A stretch of 64,000 bases of DNA. Source: Lentisphaeria bacterium. GTDB lineage: Bacteria > Verrucomicrobiota > Lentisphaeria > JABSQK01 > JAWLHB01. Shown here one piece after another: positions 58,771-64,000 of the stretch; position 1 is the stretch's first letter; the number at the start of each line of letters is the position of its first letter. The notes beneath the pieces were generated by a model. It made no database searches and was not told where the DNA came from. It saw nothing but the letters and a program-made list of their open reading frames with translations. The position numbers were made by a program, and so were the translations under genes. Location of the stretch: positions 186,001 through 250,000 of the forward strand of contig JAWLHB010000006.1 of assembly GCA_041690595.1 (NCBI GenBank). Direction: 5' to 3'.

Positions 58771-60264
58771 CTACTTCGCAAGACGATCCATCTGCCAGAC
58801 ATGCACCTGATCGTCATGCGCCATGGGCGCAATCAAGTGCCGCCCATCCGACGAGATGATCAGGGAGAAGGGGGCGTGCACGAAATGGCCCAGCTCCGCC
58901 AGCAATTCGCCGCTATCGACGTCGTGGATGAAGACGACGTTTGGTGTCATGCCGCCCGTCCAGGTCGAGCTGGCGATACGTTTACCGTCAGGGGTCAAAG
59001 CCAGACACTTTATGCCATTGGCCCGCATTTCCTGTATCTTGCTGCCGGTAGCGCCATCCCAGACCACAATCTGGCGGTTCATGAAAGCAGTCCCCGCTAT
59101 CCGGGAATAATCGCTGCTGAAGGAGATGGATTCCATGTCACCAGCCTGCTCCAGCGCCGCCACCTTTTCGCCACTCTTCAGATCGTAGACAAACAAGCTG
59201 CGATCCGGCAGCATCACGACCGCGCGTGCGCCGTCACGACTGATACCGATGACGCGCGATTTTTCGCCGCTGCCGATCTCGAGAACAGGCTGGTCCGACT
59301 CCCACGACAGGATGGCAAGACCGGATTCCGTTCTGGATAACACACCTGAACCATCGGGCATCAGCCGGTCGCTCAGGCTGACGAATGAACGCTCCGCGAG
59401 AATCTTCTGGTCGGACAGGCTTATCCGGAAGGCTTTCTTCTTCTCACCCGCGAGCGTCACCGTCTCCGTATCACCGGCGAAAGCCGCTCCCTCGCTGCCA
59501 TCCACGAGTGCGCCATCGATTTGGGTTAGGGTCTTGACGATTTCTCCGCGGTTGAGGTCGATCACGCCCAGGTATCCGCGCTTGGCCACAACAAGCAGCT
59601 CGTTGTCGGCGGAGATCCCAGCACCCGCAAACATGTCCTGCTTGACGGTGTAGCTCTGATGTGGCGCGATAGCCCATTCGCTGGCGGCAACAAGCAATAG
59701 TGCGTTCATAGCCTCTCTCTCCACTTCCACGGTCAGGGAGGCTTTCCACTGGTCACCGTTCGGCCAAAGCTGCATCGTCACCTCGATACCACCGGGAAGA
59801 ACTGCCTTTCCCTCCGGCCGCCGCTGGGCATCCTCAGCCAGGGCGTGCCAATCCTCGACACTCTTCCTTAGATCACTCTCGGCAAGAAACGAGTGTGCCT
59901 TGAGCACGGCCCGGCACGCTTCCACGGCTTCCACATAGCTGCCATTTGACGGAAGAGAATAGTTCACCGCTGTCAGAATACCCGAGTACGCACGGACCGT
60001 CGTCCAAGTCGATTCCGCCTTCACCTGCCGCTTTTCATCGAGCTTCGTCACAACCGTCGATCGCTTCTGGATCCATCCATGGACCAAGTTGTTCCGCTCA
60101 ACCGGCAAGGGCTGTCCGTCTACACTCTTCGGCGCCACCTTTCCCAGAACAAAAGTATCGACCGATTCACGTGCAGACGCGGGGAGAGAACCGTGCAGCA
60201 TCGCCACAAGCCCCACAATAGCAACCCAACCACGTATGACTGACTCCATCATCCCGATCTCCAT
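58771..60264 (-). CDS. Secreted WD40-repeat protein
   Basis: Signal-like N-terminus; repeats such as FSSD...I..WD..TG, LTPDGKRIAS, SSDGRHL...VHVW. Confidence 0.75.
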   Translation of the reverse strand: MEIGMMESVIRGWVAIVGLVAMLHGSLPASARESVDTFVLGKVAPKSVDGQPLPVERNNLVHGWIQKRSTVVTKLDEKRQVKAESTWTTVRAYSGILTAVNYSLPSNGSYVEAVEACRAVLKAHSFLAESDLRKSVEDWHALAEDAQRRPEGKAVLPGGIEVTMQLWPNGDQWKASLTVEVEREAMNALLLVAASEWAIAPHQSYTVKQDMFAGAGISADNELLVVAKRGYLGVIDLNRGEIVKTLTQIDGALVDGSEGAAFAGDTETVTLAGEKKKAFRISLSDQKILAERSFVSLSDRLMPDGSGVLSRTESGLAILSWESDQPVLEIGSGEKSRVIGISRDGARAVVMLPDRSLFVYDLKSGEKVAALEQAGDMESISFSSDYSRIAGTAFMNRQIVVWDGATGSKIQEMRANGIKCLALTPDGKRIASSTWTGGMTPNVVFIHDVDSGELLAELGHFVHAPFSLIISSDGRHLIAPMAHDDQVHVWQMDRLAK

Positions 60265-60374
60265 TCTGGTGCTGTCTGTTTCTCAGTGCCGCTCGAAAAG
60301 GCGTTGCCGACGATACCTGTCGCCTGCCCCCGAGCCACCTGAGTGACTATACACCGACGGCTTGTTCGCTGCTA

Positions 60375-60558
60375 CTAGTCCTCAATCTCGTGCGTGAACC
60401 GATTCCGGTTGGCCCAAAAGGGGCACATCGGGCAGTACGTTCCTTCCGGATAATCTATTCCCTCTTCATGAGGACAGCCGATGATCCCGTCAGTCACGGC
60501 GACGGACTTGACGTCGTGCTCCTCCAGAAATGCTGAGTTCTTTCCGTCTCTTCTTCAT
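60375..60558 (-). pseudogene. Remnant of a small Cys-motif conserved hypothetical gene
   Basis: Minus frame 60533-60375 reads AFLEEHDVKSVAVTDGIIGCPHEEGIDYPEGTYCPMCPFWANRNRFTHEIED*. It has an in-frame TGA upstream and an out-of-frame ATG (MKKRRK) at 60558; not in the ORF track. Confidence 0.6.
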
Positions 60559-60625
60559 GATCTTTCAGTGAAGGTGCTTTTTCTACTCTGGAGCCCTTTG
60601 TTTGGCCGCACAAAGCCACCGACAA

Positions 60626-60654
60626 ACTATAGCCACCCCGACGGCGCGATGCAA
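60626..60654 (-). promoter_or_regulatory. Putative sigma70 promoter (minus strand)
   Basis: TTGCAT-17bp-TATAGT on the minus strand. Confidence 0.5.
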
Positions 60655-60696
60655 GCGATTCCGCCGCGCGAGGCTGCCGAAGGTGCGGGCGAGGAA

Positions 60697-60725
60697 TTGA
60701 CTGGGGCATTACCACGTGTTATGCT
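60697..60725 (+). promoter_or_regulatory. Putative sigma70 promoter (extended -10)
   Basis: TTGACT-17bp-TATGCT with a TGn extension, upstream of an AAGGAG RBS. Confidence 0.6.
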
Positions 60726-60782
60726 TGTGCATGAGCCCGTACGTCACGAGGTTCAGCCCCTGTATCGATCAAGGAGAGTGTC

Positions 60783-63782
60783 ATGATGAAGTTCTGGTGT
60801 TGCCTGTTTCTCATGCCCCTGATGGCGCTGGCCGCGGAGCTGATAGTGCCGCTTGATAAGGCGTTGCCGACAGAGGGGCAGTTTGTGCCGGTTGACCTTT
60901 CGAGCGTCGCCAATGCCCAACAACCGTTGGAGATGCCGGCGGACAAGGTGACAATCCAGAAGATACCCTTTCACTTGGTGTCGGGAGGGGATGCCAATCA
61001 TCTCTTCATGAAGCCGATCGGCTGGTCGGCAGCCGAGAACGAGGGCCGGCAGGAGTATCCCGGCTACATGGCCAGATACGACTTCTTTCCAGAGCCAGGC
61101 GACTGGTCACGGGCGACGCTGGAAATACCTGTCGCCGACTATGCAAGCGTCTATCTTCTGGCCGCGGCGGACGATGAGGAATCGCTGACGAATCACCTGA
61201 CCCTGCGCTTCGGCCGCTTTGACGGACGGGTGCGCACCTCCTATCACGACTTCACGGCGACGATTCCGCGGAGCAGCGATGCGAGCGTCAAGGCGCGGAG
61301 TGGCAATGTGGTGCAGGTGGTGCCGACGGAAAGCGGGCGGCTGTATGTGGTGCGGATCCCGATCAACCGAGCGTTCTCACAGGATTACCAGCGCCACTGG
61401 GCGATGCATCTCGACCTGACACGTGAGCTGAAGGTGGCGATCAACCTGCCCGATCCCTTCCGCTTCCAACTGCGCCCTCTGGGAGACCCGAGCGGCGTGC
61501 GTATCTTCGCGATGACGCTGGAGCGGTCGTCGCCGCAACTGGAACTGACGGCGCGGGAGCCGGGCAACGTCTTCAATCAGCCCCAGAAGCCGGTCTTCGA
61601 CCTGCTGATGCGCAACCATTACGATCACCATCGCGAGCACCATGTCGAGGTTGAGACAAGGCGGGATGACGGCGAGGTGCAGACCTTCGTCTTCAACACC
61701 TTCCGCTTGTGGCGCGAAGGCAACGCCAAGCAGACCTTGACGCTCGATCTTAGTGAGCGCGGCCACTACGACGTCGTCTTCCGGCTCTTCCGTCAGGGGC
61801 AACTGCTGCTGGAGCGGCCGACGACGTTGGCGATCCTGGCGCCGGACACCCGCAAGCACCGCGAGAGCAGTCCGTTTGGCACCTGGGATTTCGGTGGAGG
61901 TCATGAAACGCCTTTCGACATCGACCAGACGGGGCCCCTGGCGGTGAAGGCCGGCCTGCGGTATCTGCGCGACAGCGAGAGCCACGGGCTCGTGAGCTAC
62001 CGCGATGTGAAGCTGACGCCCAAGTCGGTGGAGAAGCTGATCCAGCGAAAGGCGCAAGAGCCGGATTTCGTACCACCGGCCCGAGGGTTGATCTTCCATG
62101 AGAACAGCGTCTCCGGGCCACATGTGCTGCGCTCGCCGGATCTCTTCACCGGCAAGCAGTACGACCTGACGGAGAACGATCGGGAACGCTTCGAGAAGCT
62201 GTGGACGGAGGCCATGCAGACCTTTGCGCTGATGGAGGAGCATTTTCCGGAAACGGAGATCTACTTCGGCAATGGCATGCCGCACCTGATCGAAGAGTTC
62301 TGCCGCCAGGGCATTCCGCACAAGTACCTGAAGGTGGCCGGCAACGAAAGCGGCAACTTCATGCGCCCTCCGGAGACGCAACCGACGGATTTCGTGGCCA
62401 ACAACGCGGGAATCTTCATGTTCCGCCGGGTGCTCGATCACTATGGATATGCGGATACGAAGGTCTATCAGTGTTTCGAGATGTGTTACCCGAACACGAA
62501 TCCCGGGAACCTGACGCATCAGACGCAGGCGGAATATTTCGTTCGCCATGTGATGCACTCGCTGGCGTGGAGAATTCCGCTGATCCGGGTTGGCCTGATC
62601 GCCGATGTCGGCAACAGCTACTACCACAGCAACTGGGGAGCAGCCGGTTTCTGCTTTGGCTATCCGAATGTGTCGCCGAAACGCTCCTATGTGGCGATGG
62701 CGGTGATGACGCAGGTGCTGGATGGGGCCACCTTCAGCCGCATCGTGCCGACCGGGTCGGATGCCGTCTACGCGTTCGAGTACAAGCGGGGATGGAACGA
62801 CTTTGTCACCTGTCTCTGGACCACGCGGGGGAGCCGTCCGGTGATGCTCGGCGTGCCCTTCTCGGGGCGGGCGGAGGTGACGCGCCTGTACGGCCGGGAA
62901 GAATCGCTCAATGTAAAGAATGACTGGCTGACCATCGGAACTGCCGCAACCTTTGTGCGCACGAAGCGGCCAATCCGCAGGCTGCAATTGGGCGAACCGA
63001 GCCATGCGCCCCCGCCCGAGGGCGATGCCTTTGTCATCTCCAGCCTCAGCAGCATGAGCGAGTGGGAGCTCGAACAGGAGCGCAACTATGAGTTGGAGAG
63101 CTTCAACTTCATGAACCAGCGTCGGCCGGGCATCTTCGTTCATGAGGAGATGCCGGAGCTGGCGGGACGCGAAAAGGTTATCGCGATCGAAGCGCGGGAA
63201 TCGGCCCCGGGCACGTCGGAGTACCTGCAGAGGTATACGGTGATGGCGATGCGGGAGCCGGTCGAGATCCCCGGCATGCCGACCGAGGTCGGGCTCTGGG
63301 TGCACGACAACGCCACCTGGGGACGGGTCATTTTCGAGTTGGAGGATGCCGGTGGCCAGCGCTGGATATCCATCGGCGCCGAGCAGGGGGGCGAGCCGAA
63401 TCCATGGATGGCGGACTGGCTGCCGAAAGAGGAGTTCGCAAAGCTGAAGGATAGCGGTAAGGCGGGGATCAGCGACTGGAACAGCGATGACGCCTGGGGC
63501 TGGAGCCGCCTCAATCACGACGGCTGGCGCTACGTGAAATTCCCGTTGCCGGGCCAGTACGGCAGCAACCACGACATCTATCACTGGCCGTACACCAGCC
63601 AGTGGCGTTTCTCCGGCGATGGGAAAGTGAAGTACCCGCTGACCTTCAGGAAGCTGGTGGTCACCATGCCGGAGAAGGTACTCTACGGCACCGACTGGCG
63701 CCCGCTCCGCCACCCGCGGATCGGGGTCAGCACATTGCAGGTCACCTATGTGCCTGCCGAGGAAGCCTTCATCGGCGAGTAG
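60783..63782 (+). CDS. Large secreted hypothetical protein, probable glycoside-hydrolase-like (TIM barrel plus beta-sandwich)
   Basis: AAGGAG RBS, signal peptide; PGNVF, SPFG.W, IFHE, FEM.Y, QAEY.VR, PK.SYVA.A.MT..L. Confidence 0.55.
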   Translation: MMKFWCCLFLMPLMALAAELIVPLDKALPTEGQFVPVDLSSVANAQQPLEMPADKVTIQKIPFHLVSGGDANHLFMKPIGWSAAENEGRQEYPGYMARYDFFPEPGDWSRATLEIPVADYASVYLLAAADDEESLTNHLTLRFGRFDGRVRTSYHDFTATIPRSSDASVKARSGNVVQVVPTESGRLYVVRIPINRAFSQDYQRHWAMHLDLTRELKVAINLPDPFRFQLRPLGDPSGVRIFAMTLERSSPQLELTAREPGNVFNQPQKPVFDLLMRNHYDHHREHHVEVETRRDDGEVQTFVFNTFRLWREGNAKQTLTLDLSERGHYDVVFRLFRQGQLLLERPTTLAILAPDTRKHRESSPFGTWDFGGGHETPFDIDQTGPLAVKAGLRYLRDSESHGLVSYRDVKLTPKSVEKLIQRKAQEPDFVPPARGLIFHENSVSGPHVLRSPDLFTGKQYDLTENDRERFEKLWTEAMQTFALMEEHFPETEIYFGNGMPHLIEEFCRQGIPHKYLKVAGNESGNFMRPPETQPTDFVANNAGIFMFRRVLDHYGYADTKVYQCFEMCYPNTNPGNLTHQTQAEYFVRHVMHSLAWRIPLIRVGLIADVGNSYYHSNWGAAGFCFGYPNVSPKRSYVAMAVMTQVLDGATFSRIVPTGSDAVYAFEYKRGWNDFVTCLWTTRGSRPVMLGVPFSGRAEVTRLYGREESLNVKNDWLTIGTAATFVRTKRPIRRLQLGEPSHAPPPEGDAFVISSLSSMSEWELEQERNYELESFNFMNQRRPGIFVHEEMPELAGREKVIAIEARESAPGTSEYLQRYTVMAMREPVEIPGMPTEVGLWVHDNATWGRVIFELEDAGGQRWISIGAEQGGEPNPWMADWLPKEEFAKLKDSGKAGISDWNSDDAWGWSRLNHDGWRYVKFPLPGQYGSNHDIYHWPYTSQWRFSGDGKVKYPLTFRKLVVTMPEKVLYGTDWRPLRHPRIGVSTLQVTYVPAEEAFIGE

Positions 63783-63790
63783 ACCTGGCG

Positions 63791-63837
63791 CCACCTGATC
63801 GGAAGCGTCGCGTCGACGGCGCTTCCGGTATCGGTGG
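63791..63837. terminator. Hairpin between convergent genes
   Basis: CCACC-t-GAT-CGGAAGCG ... CGCTTCCG-gt-ATCGGTGG inverted repeat. Confidence 0.55.
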
Positions 63838-63839
63838 TT

Positions 63840-64000
63840 CTATGCGTCCAGCTTCAGAATGTGTATGGCATTCCGGCGGGCAACCTTCTGGAAAACATCC
63901 TCCGAGATCTCGCCGGAGGCGCGCAGGTCGAGGAGGTAATCAACCAGAGGCGTGGGTGTATCCGGAGCGCATATATCCGTTCCGAAGAGCAGGCGATCCT
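63840..64000 (-). CDS. Amidohydrolase family protein, C-terminal part (truncated by window edge)
   Basis: Minus frame DRLLFGTDICAPDTPTPLVDYLLDLRASGEISEDVFQKVARRNAIHILKLDA*. Confidence 0.75.
   Translation of the reverse strand, partial: DRLLFGTDICAPDTPTPLVDYLLDLRASGEISEDVFQKVARRNAIHILKLDA

Noticed and set aside
1..64000. tRNA/rRNA genes, riboswitches, IS elements or prophage
   Set aside because: No recognisable cloverleaf, rRNA, riboswitch core, transposase, integrase or phage gene by eye; an Infernal/ISEScan run would be needed to exclude them fully

Overview
GC-rich bacterial window, most likely from the PVC superphylum (Lentisphaerae/Kiritimatiellae-like). This is inferred from the [19 protein letters not shown]9-DG pseudopilin genes, DUF4091/DUF4838 glycan-active proteins and URO-D-like paralogs. 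About 40 genes are present: a sigma54-type promoter followed by a VKOR/SPW membrane protein and a DUF362 gene; mtnA; an ~12 kb modular surface protein (six beta-helix/choice-of-anchor-Q modules plus Calx-beta and Ig-like domains); two pseudopilin-containing glycan-utilisation-like loci; an orphan histidine kinase; msrA; an MFS-HEAT fusion; a B12 radical SAM enzyme; a Cache MCP; a MacAB-type ABC exporter flanked by Cys-rich proteins; and a six-gene nonulosonic-acid-like operon with an unusual class IV aminotransferase, epimerase and SDR. It ends with URO-D/Gfo-Idh-MocA/ModF-like genes, a WD40 protein, a large secreted protein and a truncated amidohydrolase. I see no rRNA, tRNA, CRISPR array, transposase, integrase or reverse transcriptase. 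The most interesting signals are the amino-nonulosonate-like operon, the Cys/Pro leader in front of the exporter, strand-polarised 8-9 bp intergenic repeat families, and two gene remnants (MAD4-like and GCPHEEG-like) lying at apparent G/C skew switch points. All family calls are by-eye motif recognition; no searches were run.
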